Assembly: GCA_038063455.1 (NCBI GenBank)
Contig: JBBTVB010000003.1
Span: 1,714-65,713, forward strand
Origin: Patescibacteria group bacterium
GTDB lineage: Bacteria > Patescibacteriota > Patescibacteriia > PEXW01
DNA: 64,000 nt
Direction of reading: 5' to 3'
This document shows positions 8,190 through 16,096 of this stretch, in pieces. How positions within the stretch are numbered: position 1 is the stretch's first letter; every line of letters starts with the position of its first letter. The translations under genes were made by a program, and so were the position numbers. Below the pieces are notes generated by a model, which saw only the letters and a program-made list of their open reading frames with translations, searched no databases and was not told where the DNA came from.

Positions 8190-8555
8190 ATGGCGAAAAA
8201 AATTCACAAAAAAGCATCGGCAAAGCCAGTGGTTGCCACACCAATGAATTGGGGAACGAAGGCATTCTTCCATTCGCTTGGCGTGGTGGCGTACATTAGT
8301 TTTGTTTCTTTCTTGATGTTCAATGCGGAGAGACTCTTTGGGGGAAAACCAGATACCGTCCTGGCACCTGTGGCCTTCTTACTGCTCCTTACCCTCTCGG
8401 CGGCCGTTGTGGGATTGCTGGTCTTGGGCCGACCGATAATGTTGTACCTGGATGGTAAGAAAAAAGAAGCAGTCCATTTTGCGGCAACCACGATTGGATT
8501 TCTATTCGTGGAAGCAGTTTTCATTATAATCATCTTGGCGCTCGCCAACTTGTAG
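8190..8555 (+). CDS. Hypothetical membrane protein
   Basis: Track ORF 8154-8555. Basic N-terminus MAKKIHKKASAK followed by 3 hydrophobic segments. Start 8190 preferred (see -10 box). Confidence 0.6.
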   Translation: MAKKIHKKASAKPVVATPMNWGTKAFFHSLGVVAYISFVSFLMFNAERLFGGKPDTVLAPVAFLLLLTLSAAVVGLLVLGRPIMLYLDGKKKEAVHFAATTIGFLFVEAVFIIIILALANL

Positions 8556-8827
8556 CATGCCAACAGCAACTTTCGATTTAAGTTAGCTCTACTATATAGG
8601 GTCGAAGAACACCCGCGGACGCAAGAATAATGAATTATTACTACTTAGAGAAGCGGCGCGACTAATAAGAGTGCTGGGGAACCTTAGCGCACTATAAAAA
8701 TATGCCTAAGAATAACCTTGACTAAATTTGCTTAATAGTCTAGGCTCACTCAAAATGTGCTTACAATAAAAAACTTACGGAGGTGAATATTGAATAGTAA
8801 AAAACAGCAGAAAATCACGATGGCAAC

Positions 8828-9094
8828 TTGGAAGTACCTAGTGACTCAAGCAGGTATACTCGTTACCATAAGCAATGGCGCAAAAGGAACCCGGAACTGT
8901 GGATTGCATGCAAAAAACGCAACTATGCTAAAAATCGATCGGATCCAAGGGCGGTTCGAAACACTGGTGAAGCCTGGAGCCAATCGGAAGACCGCGCAAT
9001 CCTTGCAGCTAACCGTCCAACTGACAGACAGCTTAGTATTCAATTAGGCAGGTCGGTACAAGCAATACAAATACGGCGCAGCCGTATTAGATAA
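8828..9094 (+). CDS. Small basic protein with Myb/SANT-like HTH (start unresolved)
   Basis: Frame with YHKQWRKRNPE..KKRNYAKNR and WSQSEDRAILAANRPTDRQLSIQLGRSVQAIQIRRSRI looks like a DNA-binding protein. It has only a TTG start without SD. The fully overlapping ORF 8790-9047 in another frame owns the SD (see finding). Confidence 0.45.
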   Translation: MEVPSDSSRYTRYHKQWRKRNPELWIACKKRNYAKNRSDPRAVRNTGEAWSQSEDRAILAANRPTDRQLSIQLGRSVQAIQIRRSRIR

Positions 9095-9117
9095 AAACAT
9101 TTGATGGTAATTGCCTG

Positions 9118-9151
9118 TATGGGTCCTCTTAAAGGATCCATATTCTTTTTT
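9118..9151 (+). terminator. Rho-independent terminator
   Basis: TATGGGTCC (9118-9126) / GGATCCATA (9134-9142), 9 bp with one G-U, then TTCTTTTTT. Confidence 0.75.
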
Positions 9152-9207
9152 GGATGGACTGGGCGTACCGAGTACATTCACGCCTTGCGACATTCGTTTA
9201 ATCGCCG

Positions 9208-9213
9208 TAGGAT
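9208..9213 (+). promoter_or_regulatory. -10 box TAGGAT, 6 nt before ATG 9220 (leaderless-type)
   Basis: TAGGAT 9208-9213, CAGCCT, ATG 9220. Confidence 0.4.
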
Positions 9214-9219
9214 CAGCCT

Positions 9220-9765
9220 ATGGGTAAAATAGGAGCGAACAATGCAACTTTCGGTTCTGGTTGTTTCTGGTGCACAGAAACAATTTTTTTGAGTCTCAAG
9301 GGCGTTACCAGTGTCATGCCGGGATATTCCGGCGGTAGAACCAAAAACCCCACCGACATGCAAGTGTACACGGGGAGAACCGGTCATGTTGAGGTTGCTA
9401 GGATTGAATTCGATCCAAGTATTATCACCTACGAACAACTAATCGAAGTGTTTTTTGGCTCGCATAACCCCACCACCCTCAACCGCCAAGGGAATGACGT
9501 GGGCGAGCAGTATCGATCCGTCATCTTTTTTCACGACGATGAGCAGAAGCAGGTTGCGGAAAAAGTAAAAGCAAAAATAGAGGCGGAAAAAACCTTTGAC
9601 GCCCCAATTGTGACGACCATTGAACCGCTGACGAGTTTCTACCCGGCCGAAGACTACCACCGCAACTACTACGCCAACAACCAAGACCAGCCCTATTGCC
9701 AGGCTGTGATTAGCCCCAAGCTGGCGAAGTTCCGGCAGCATTACAAAGCCCTACTCAAAGAATAA
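9220..9765 (+). CDS. msrA: Peptide-methionine (S)-S-oxide reductase
   Basis: GSGCFWCTE active site, GYSGG, GHVEVARIEFDP, QGNDVGEQYRS. Confidence 0.95.
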   Translation: MGKIGANNATFGSGCFWCTETIFLSLKGVTSVMPGYSGGRTKNPTDMQVYTGRTGHVEVARIEFDPSIITYEQLIEVFFGSHNPTTLNRQGNDVGEQYRSVIFFHDDEQKQVAEKVKAKIEAEKTFDAPIVTTIEPLTSFYPAEDYHRNYYANNQDQPYCQAVISPKLAKFRQHYKALLKE

Positions 9766-9771
9766 AGCCAC

Positions 9772-10185
9772 ATGGCCCGCCCAACAACGGCATTAGAAAA
9801 AGTCAGCGCGTCAGGAGTCAATGCGACGGCCGTCTTTGCGCTAACTACACCGGTTCTCCTCATGCAGGGCCCCAGCACATCCTGGCGAATACTAACAATT
9901 GGGCTCTTCTTTGTGTATACAATAGCCTGCCTACTGCTGCCTGAACGACGTGACCTAGGTATGTTCGTGGTTCGGTCAAAATATGCGCACGACTATCCTC
10001 TCTGGCAGCTAACCATATACAATCTGCTCTACACTGCCAGTTTTGCTACACTGTTCATACACCTGTGGTTCCCATTTGATGTCTTCCTCATCAACATCTT
10101 CATCATCCAACTACCAGTGGTCATATGGAAACAGACCACACTTCATGGCTATCTTGCTGGAAATATTCTCACCATAAAAAAATAG
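9772..10185 (+). CDS. Hypothetical membrane protein (137 aa)
   Basis: 4 hydrophobic segments. Starts 6 nt after the msrA stop. No family recognised. Confidence 0.55.
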   Translation: MARPTTALEKVSASGVNATAVFALTTPVLLMQGPSTSWRILTIGLFFVYTIACLLLPERRDLGMFVVRSKYAHDYPLWQLTIYNLLYTASFATLFIHLWFPFDVFLINIFIIQLPVVIWKQTTLHGYLAGNILTIKK

Positions 10186-10243
10186 AGGGGAGACCGCGCC
10201 GTACGAGCATGCCGAGATGTCTAGCATTTCTGCCCTGTTTTAA

Positions 10244-10252
10244 TGGTATACT
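10244..10252 (+). promoter_or_regulatory. Extended -10 TGgTATACT
   Basis: TG 10244-10245, TATACT 10247-10252. It overlaps the track start ATG 10243, favouring the start at 10282. Confidence 0.45.
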
Positions 10253-10281
10253 CAGGCTATCTCATTTCTCACTCTAGCCAT

Positions 10282-11040
10282 ATGGACCAGCCCACAAGTG
10301 CGCCAGCCACCGTGTACCTCACCCAGCCAAAACTGCTTGGGGAACTTTTTCAAGATGCCTGGAAAATCTTTCGCAAGCACTGGAAAAACATTGTGCTACT
10401 GACTCTCGCCATTACCCTGCCACTAAATCTACTTTCGGCAATACTGTCGACCATGAGCCCAGAAAGCGCATCTGGCGTATTCAGCGCAGGCTACGTGCTT
10501 AGTGCTGGAGTTGGCATCATCCTGTTGGTGCTTGTGGGCTTCCTCGTCCCCCTGGGTATTGTCGCAATCGTGCAAGCTGACGCAAAAAACCAAACCCTAG
10601 ACGTGCATGGCGCGCTTAAGGCCGCGACCTCCCGCTGGGCTGCAGGCGTTAGCACGTCGGTGCTCATGGGCATCCTGCTGTTGGGGCTTACCATCTTGCT
10701 GGTGGTACCGGCCATCTACTTCGGCATTTTTTGGTCGTTTGCCTTGTATGCGGTGATGCACGACAAACTGCAAGGCAAGGCTGCGCTCAATGAGAGCAAA
10801 CGCGTGGTTACCGGATTCTGGTGGAAAGTGTTAGGCAATCTATTTGTCTTCAGCTTGGTGACGAGCATCATCGGCGGCATTATCAGCGGCCTCTTCTCCG
10901 TCCTGCCAGACGGCATCGTCGAGTCCACAGTAAAAGCATGCATCTCGAGCGCGATTGGCTCATTTGCCTATGTTGCCGGCTACCTGCTCTACCGCAACCT
11001 CAAAGCCGTGCACGACCCCAAGACCGAAAGCGCTGCATAA
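10282..11040 (+). CDS. Hypothetical polytopic membrane protein
   Basis: Track ORF 10243-11040. About 6 TM segments. No family recognised. Confidence 0.55.
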   Translation: MDQPTSAPATVYLTQPKLLGELFQDAWKIFRKHWKNIVLLTLAITLPLNLLSAILSTMSPESASGVFSAGYVLSAGVGIILLVLVGFLVPLGIVAIVQADAKNQTLDVHGALKAATSRWAAGVSTSVLMGILLLGLTILLVVPAIYFGIFWSFALYAVMHDKLQGKAALNESKRVVTGFWWKVLGNLFVFSLVTSIIGGIISGLFSVLPDGIVESTVKACISSAIGSFAYVAGYLLYRNLKAVHDPKTESAA

Positions 11041-11162
11041 TGGCCGAGACGCCACAGAACCCAAACCTCACCCCCGAGCAGTACAACGTTTGCCCCGCAT
11101 CAGTCACACGGCTCCGGTGCGGGACTACACTCATTGGTGTAGAAGTCATGTATGGAAGATAA
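11040..11162 (+). pseudogene. Decayed 5' fragment of a second msrB copy
   Basis: MAETPQNPNLTPEQYNVC aligns with the MsrB N-terminus MEDNQQRNPNLTDEQMNVC (11 of 15 aligned residues). After VC the similarity continues only in the +1 frame (HGSGAGLHS vs PGSGKFLHN). Confidence 0.55.
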
Positions 11163-11535
11163 CCAACAGCGCAATCCGAACCTCACGGACGAACAGATGA
11201 ATGTTTGCTTCCGCAAAGGCACCGAGCCGCCAGGCAGCGGAAAATTCCTGCACAACGATGCGGCGGGTATGTACGTCTGCGTCAACTGCGGGCAGGAGCT
11301 GTTCAAATCTGACACGAAGTTTGACAGCGGCACCGGCTGGCCCAGTTTTTGGGACCCGACAGCTGGGGCAAATGTAAAGACGCAGGATGACATGGAAATG
11401 GGCGTGCGGCGCGTGGAAGTGCTGTGCAGCCGGTGCGATGCACACCTCGGACATGTGTTTGACGACGGGCCAGAACCGACGGGGAAGCGTTACTGCATAA
11501 ATTCGTTAGCCTTAGACTTTAAACCAAAGAACTAA
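11152..11535 (+). CDS. msrB: Peptide-methionine (R)-S-oxide reductase
   Basis: GxYxCxxCG, SGTGWPSF, CSRCDAHLGHVFDDGP, RYCINS. Confidence 0.95.
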   Translation: MEDNQQRNPNLTDEQMNVCFRKGTEPPGSGKFLHNDAAGMYVCVNCGQELFKSDTKFDSGTGWPSFWDPTAGANVKTQDDMEMGVRRVEVLCSRCDAHLGHVFDDGPEPTGKRYCINSLALDFKPKN

Positions 11536-11540
11536 AAGCG

Positions 11541-11546
11541 TATACT
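11541..11546 (+). promoter_or_regulatory. -10 box TATACT, 9 nt before ATG 11556
   Basis: TATACT 11541-11546, AAGGGTCCT, ATG 11556. Confidence 0.4.
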
Positions 11547-11555
11547 AAGGGTCCT

Positions 11556-12569
11556 ATGCAAGCACTCGTCTTTGAGGGGAAAGGCAAGCTTAACCTGCGC
11601 CACCTGCCGCGGCCAGAAATTGGGCCCAACGAAATATTGATGCGGGTGCGCGCCGTTGGCATTTGCGGTACCGACCTGCACATCTACAATGGCGGCACGC
11701 GAACCAAACCGGGTACGGTTATTGGCCATGAATTTTCTGGCGAGGTGGCTGCCGTTGGCAAAGCGGTAGACAACCTTACCGTTGGTGACCACATAGTGGG
11801 CGAACACGTGGTGGCCTGCAAGCAGTGCCTGTATTGCCGCACAGGGCGGCCCAACCTGTGCAACCGCGCCAGCGTGCTTGGTATAGATCGCAACGGCGCG
11901 CTCGCAGAGTATGTAGCGATTCCGGCGGACTTGGTCTACATCGTCCCCAAAAAAATACCTTTTGAAGAAGCCGCGCTCATTGAACCGCTGTCTATTGCCG
12001 TGTACGCCGCTCGCGAGGTGGGCTTCCTGTTGGAAAAACGGGTCGGCGTCATTGGCCAGGGGCCCATTGGCTTATTCCTGGACCAGGTGATGCATGCGGC
12101 TGGCGCGCAAGTAATCGGCATCGACACGCTCGACCACCGACTACGCTTTGCCAAAAAGCAGGGCTGGGTTGACTACACAATCAATCCAAAAACGGATGAC
12201 GTGCAGCGCTCGGTCGATGCTATTACCAAGCACGGCTTGGATATTGCCTTTGAAGCAGTGGGGAAGGAGCAAACCATGGACCTGGCGCTCCAAGTAGTGC
12301 GGCGCGGCGCGAAGGTGCTGGTATTGGGGGTGTTCGAGACGCCTGCCAAAATTGACATGATGCAAGTGGTGAAGAAGGAACTCTCGCTCGTGGGTTCGTG
12401 GACCTGCGCGCACGCCTTCCCAGCCAGTATCCGCCTAGTGGAAGAAGAGAAAGTGGAGCTGGGCAAACTCATTACACACCGATACCTCTTTACAGAGGCG
12501 GCTCGAGCATTTGCCGAAGCGTCCACCTACAACGAGAACCGCATCAAAAGCGTGATCACGTTTGAGTAA
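11556..12569 (+). CDS. Zn-dependent medium-chain dehydrogenase (sorbitol/threonine dehydrogenase-like)
   Basis: GICGTDLHIY, GHEFSGEV, CxxCxxCxxG structural-Zn motif (CKQCLYCRTGRPNLC), Rossmann GVIGQGPIG. Confidence 0.9.
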   Translation: MQALVFEGKGKLNLRHLPRPEIGPNEILMRVRAVGICGTDLHIYNGGTRTKPGTVIGHEFSGEVAAVGKAVDNLTVGDHIVGEHVVACKQCLYCRTGRPNLCNRASVLGIDRNGALAEYVAIPADLVYIVPKKIPFEEAALIEPLSIAVYAAREVGFLLEKRVGVIGQGPIGLFLDQVMHAAGAQVIGIDTLDHRLRFAKKQGWVDYTINPKTDDVQRSVDAITKHGLDIAFEAVGKEQTMDLALQVVRRGAKVLVLGVFETPAKIDMMQVVKKELSLVGSWTCAHAFPASIRLVEEEKVELGKLITHRYLFTEAARAFAEASTYNENRIKSVITFE

Positions 12570-12624
12570 GCGGATTTCTCGGTAACCCCTCACCTGCCTT
12601 TCGACTCACCCTACTCGCTCAAGG

Positions 12625-12655
12625 CATCCTCTCCCAGTGGAGAGGATGGGTTTTA
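12625..12655 (+). terminator. Rho-independent terminator
   Basis: CATCCTCTCC (12625-12634) / GGAGAGGATG (12639-12648), loop CAGT, then GGTTTT. Confidence 0.8.
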
Positions 12656-12722
12656 TGCGATAAGAGTTTCTCCAAGAGCCCTGCGCAGTCCCGTCATCAG
12701 ACGGGACGGAGCAGTCGTGGCC

Positions 12723-12879
12723 GGGGTAGGGGGTGTCGGGGGCATAGGGGGCGGCCTTCGAAACTCTGAGCCCCCTGGCCCCTGACAAAGAAACGTGATT
12801 GACCAGCAGCAACTGAACAAACACAAGTTCGTCGTTTCGAACACATGCAGGATTGCCACGCCCCTCGCCGAGCTCGGGG
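12723..12879 (+). repeat. Structured intergenic element, copy A (paralogue of 28692-28902)
   Basis: G-tract block. Stem AGGGGGC (12746-12752) / GCCCCCT (12770-12776). Conserved core 12791-12850 including the 12-mer TTCGTCGTTTCG (12828-12839). CCCC(12861-12864)...GGGG(12876-12879) hairpin. Confidence 0.6.
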
Positions 12880-12902
12880 CTCGCAATGACAGAAGGCTCA
12901 GG

Positions 12903-12931
12903 ATGACAATACAGATGAAACTTAGTATAAT
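12903..12931 (+). promoter_or_regulatory. galU promoter ATGACA-17-TATAAT
   Basis: ATGACA 12903-12908, 17-nt spacer, TATAAT 12926-12931. ATG is 27 nt downstream. Confidence 0.65.
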
Positions 12932-12958
12932 CACTACACTCACGTTGAACTTTTTGGT

Positions 12959-13834
12959 ATGCAAAAAATCCGCAAAGCCGTTATTCCCGCCGCAGGATTA
13001 GGCACGCGCTTCCTGCCCGCCACCAAGGCGATGCCCAAAGAAATGCTCCCCATCGTGGACAAGCCCATTATTCAGTACGTGGTAGAAGAGGCCGTGGCCA
13101 GCGGCATTGAAGATATCATCATTGTAACCAGCAGCAACAAGCGCTCGCTGGAAGACCACTTTGATTACCCATACGAACTCGAAAAAAAATTGGAAGAAGC
13201 TGGTAAACATGAACTCTTGCAGGAAATCCGTCGCATTGCCGGGCTAGCCAACTTCATTTACGTGCGCCAACGCGGGCCCTACGGCAACGCCTCCCCCGTC
13301 CTGACCGCCAAGCACATCGTGGGCGACGAACCCTTTGCCGTGCTGTGGGGCGACGAATTCATTCATGCCGAGCCACCACGACTCAAACAAATGGTGGACG
13401 TGTACAACGAATACGGAAAATCCGTGATTAGTGCGGTACGCATTCCTAACCCCCAAGATGTGAGCAAGTACGGCATTGCCGATGTCGAAACCGTGAAAGG
13501 CACGGTCCATCGGATTAAACAGATTGTCGAAAAGCCCAAGCCCGAAGAAGCACCCAGTAACCTGGCGGCGCATGGGGCGTATATCCTGACGCCAAAAATC
13601 TTCGAGCACCTCAAAGCACTTAAGCCCGGCAAAGGTGGGGAGCTGTGGCTGGTGGATGCCATTAATGCCCTGGCCAAAGCGGACGACGTGTACGCCAAGG
13701 AAATTGAAAATGGCGACTACTATGACACGGGCAACAAATTTGACTACTTGCGCGCGAACATTGAGTTTGCCTTGCAACGGGATGACCTGCGCGACAAACT
13801 GCTGGCCTACCTGCGCACCAAACTCCAAGACTAA
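12959..13834 (+). CDS. galU: UTP--glucose-1-phosphate uridylyltransferase
   Basis: KAVIPAAGLGTRFLPATKAMPKEMLPIVDKP, VLWGDEF and the overall GalU pattern. Confidence 0.95.
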   Translation: MQKIRKAVIPAAGLGTRFLPATKAMPKEMLPIVDKPIIQYVVEEAVASGIEDIIIVTSSNKRSLEDHFDYPYELEKKLEEAGKHELLQEIRRIAGLANFIYVRQRGPYGNASPVLTAKHIVGDEPFAVLWGDEFIHAEPPRLKQMVDVYNEYGKSVISAVRIPNPQDVSKYGIADVETVKGTVHRIKQIVEKPKPEEAPSNLAAHGAYILTPKIFEHLKALKPGKGGELWLVDAINALAKADDVYAKEIENGDYYDTGNKFDYLRANIEFALQRDDLRDKLLAYLRTKLQD

Positions 13835-13837
13835 CGT

Positions 13838-15235
13838 ATGGACCCATTTAAGAAGCGACTCATCATCCTCGGCGGCGTACTTATACTAACGGTCGCCGGC
13901 ATTATTGCGTACCGACTGCTTACTGGCGGCGGCGGCACGGCGGATTCCACCATCGTGAAAACTCCACCCAAAGCCGTGAAGTTAGCCTGGTGGGGTGATT
14001 TACCGACCGCACAAGCTCAGCCGATTATTTCAGCTTATACGGCGACCCGACCGTACGTAACTATTACCTACACCCAACTCGATGCAGCAACCGGCGAGCA
14101 GCAACTCATCGAGGCCTGGGCGCGCGATGCTGGGCCGGATATTTACGCGCTCCGCAACGAGGAGCTGCGCCATTTTGCCAGCTCCGGGCTGGTCACGCCC
14201 ATGCCCGCCACGACGGTAAGCTACACCTACACCAAAAAAAAGTCGTTGGGCATTAAAGAAACTATCGAAATCCGCAAAGCCGAACGCGCGGCACCATCAC
14301 GGGAAACCCTGCAAAGCAGTTTCGTGGCCGGGGCATTTAAAGACCTGTACCAAAACGGCCAAATTCTTGGGTTCCCCTTGCAATTCGACAGCGTGGCCAT
14401 GTTCTACAACCAGCAGCTCCTCGATGAGGCGGGCATCCTGACCCCCATGCAAAACTGGGACAGCTTCGTGCAACTGATTCCAAAACTTACCTTGGAAGAT
14501 GACAAAGGCGACCTGGTGCGGGCGGGCGTGGCGCTGGGACGGAGCACCAACGTGCTGCGGACCCCAGAAATTTTTACCGCGCTGTTCCGCAGCTACGGCA
14601 TTGAGCTCACGGATGCGACCAACACCCAGGTCACTTTTGCCAGCGATAAGAATGCAGCCGGCGCGCTGGCACTGCTGACGAGCTTTGCCACCCCGACAAA
14701 AAAGACCTACACCTGGAACGAAACGTTCCCCGCTGCACTAGATGCGCTGGCACAAGGGAAGGTTGCGATTGCCTTTGGTACAGCCGCAGATTATGCCGAT
14801 GTCACCAACCGCACCACCGGGGCGGACATTCGCGTGGCGGCATTCCCCCAAGGCTTCCAGAAGAGCTACGTGGCAGACTACAAGGTGCAGACGGTGGCAA
14901 AAAAAGTGAAGGATGCCAACGTCGCTTGGGACTTCTTGCGCTTTGCCGCCGACCCAGCCCAAGCCAAGACACTGGCCACCACCAGCGGCCGCACCCCGGC
15001 AATTCGCACGCTCGTAGACGAAATTGTTGCCAGCGAAACTGACGTCGCGGGGGCCAAGGTGTTTGCCCAGCAGGCCGCCACGGCCAGCGGCTGGTTTAGC
15101 GGCATCGACCCCGAGCAAGGCCGCAAAGCCCTAAATGAGCTCGTGGATGATGTGGCGAGCGGCAAAGCCACAGCCGCTGATGCCTTCACCCGCGCCGCAC
15201 AGCTCTTCACCCTCGCGCTGGGCAGCAAGAAATAA
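13838..15235 (+). CDS. TM-anchored extracellular solute-binding protein (ABC SBP family 1-like), orphan
   Basis: N-terminal TM helix, then an SBP_bac_1-like pattern (LAWWGD..., GPDIYAL, FPLQFDSVAMFYN). No permease or ATPase gene in the window. Confidence 0.65.
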   Translation: MDPFKKRLIILGGVLILTVAGIIAYRLLTGGGGTADSTIVKTPPKAVKLAWWGDLPTAQAQPIISAYTATRPYVTITYTQLDAATGEQQLIEAWARDAGPDIYALRNEELRHFASSGLVTPMPATTVSYTYTKKKSLGIKETIEIRKAERAAPSRETLQSSFVAGAFKDLYQNGQILGFPLQFDSVAMFYNQQLLDEAGILTPMQNWDSFVQLIPKLTLEDDKGDLVRAGVALGRSTNVLRTPEIFTALFRSYGIELTDATNTQVTFASDKNAAGALALLTSFATPTKKTYTWNETFPAALDALAQGKVAIAFGTAADYADVTNRTTGADIRVAAFPQGFQKSYVADYKVQTVAKKVKDANVAWDFLRFAADPAQAKTLATTSGRTPAIRTLVDEIVASETDVAGAKVFAQQAATASGWFSGIDPEQGRKALNELVDDVASGKATAADAFTRAAQLFTLALGSKK

Positions 15236-15238
15236 ATT

Positions 15239-16096
15239 ATGCGCAAGTCTTTCCTGGTCACGCTACTTATACTCGGCGCATGTGCAGCCTTCCCGCGGCC
15301 CACGCACGCGCTGGCAAATTTGCCGCCGATTATCCCCGACTGCGACCAGACTCGATACATTGTACAAGCCAAAGATGGCGTGGTGAGCAGCCCAAGTGGT
15401 CCAATCCCACCCAGGTTCAAAGAAACTATTTCACCTGACGTTTACGGTGAGGATAAGCCCTATCCAGATTCACAATGGAACCTGGTCGGCTACACCACCA
15501 GTGGCAACTGCACGCTTAACGACTTCCTGCAGCTGTTCATCAACTTGTTTGGCTGGATGCTGTACATCATCTCCATCCTGGCTGTTGTTATGTTCTTTAT
15601 CGGTGGGGGCACGCTGCTTACCTCTGCGGGCAGCGAAGAGCGGGTGCGCACCGGCAAGGCTATTCTCACCAATACCGTTATTGGCATTGCCATTGCCTTG
15701 GGCAGCTGGCTGATTATTAACACGGTGTACATTGCACTGCTGCCCGACGACAATACAAAAAATGGAATTGCATACATCATAAAAAACCAGCAACCGTGGT
15801 TTCGGACATCAGCTTCCAAGACCACGGCCGCGTGTTCTGAGCCACCCCAGTACCCATGTAAGGGCGGGGCTGGTGCCGGGGCCGTTCGGCAGGCGCAGGA
15901 CCTACTGTATACCAATGGCTGCTACGTCAGTGCCGGAACCCGTGAGCAAGAAGTGGACGGGAGTTTTGGTCAGAAGACCTTGGCCGCCTGGAAACTCTGG
16001 CAGCAAATAAATGGGCGTCCCACAACTGAAACTCTAACGGGCTATGAGGAGTTCGCTATAAGTTGCAGCACATTTTTTAACAACCTCACCCCATGA
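15239..16096 (+). CDS. TrbC/VirB2-like pilin domain fused to a C-terminal peptidoglycan-binding domain
   Basis: Signal peptide. Two-TM core LFGWMLYIISILAVVMFFIGGGTLLTSAGSEERVRTGKAIL..IGIAIALGSWLIIN resembles the two downstream paralogues. C-terminus VRQAQDLL..NGCY...VDGSFGQKTLAAWKLWQ resembles PG_binding_1. Confidence 0.6.
   Translation: MRKSFLVTLLILGACAAFPRPTHALANLPPIIPDCDQTRYIVQAKDGVVSSPSGPIPPRFKETISPDVYGEDKPYPDSQWNLVGYTTSGNCTLNDFLQLFINLFGWMLYIISILAVVMFFIGGGTLLTSAGSEERVRTGKAILTNTVIGIAIALGSWLIINTVYIALLPDDNTKNGIAYIIKNQQPWFRTSASKTTAACSEPPQYPCKGGAGAGAVRQAQDLLYTNGCYVSAGTREQEVDGSFGQKTLAAWKLWQQINGRPTTETLTGYEEFAISCSTFFNNLTP

Noticed and set aside
8790-9047. Calling the SD-led 85-aa frame as the gene and ignoring the overlapping frame.
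   Set aside because: This is left unresolved rather than fully rejected. The other frame has the recognisable DNA-binding-like sequence, so the conflict is reported as a finding instead.
12653-12964. 103-aa minus-strand ORF across copy A of the repeat (and the 61-aa ORF 28742-28927 across copy B) as a possible conserved small protein.
   Set aside because: Differences between the copies fall at codon positions 1-2 as often as at position 3, and the frames diverge after ~15 codons. The ORFs also run through promoter and terminator elements.
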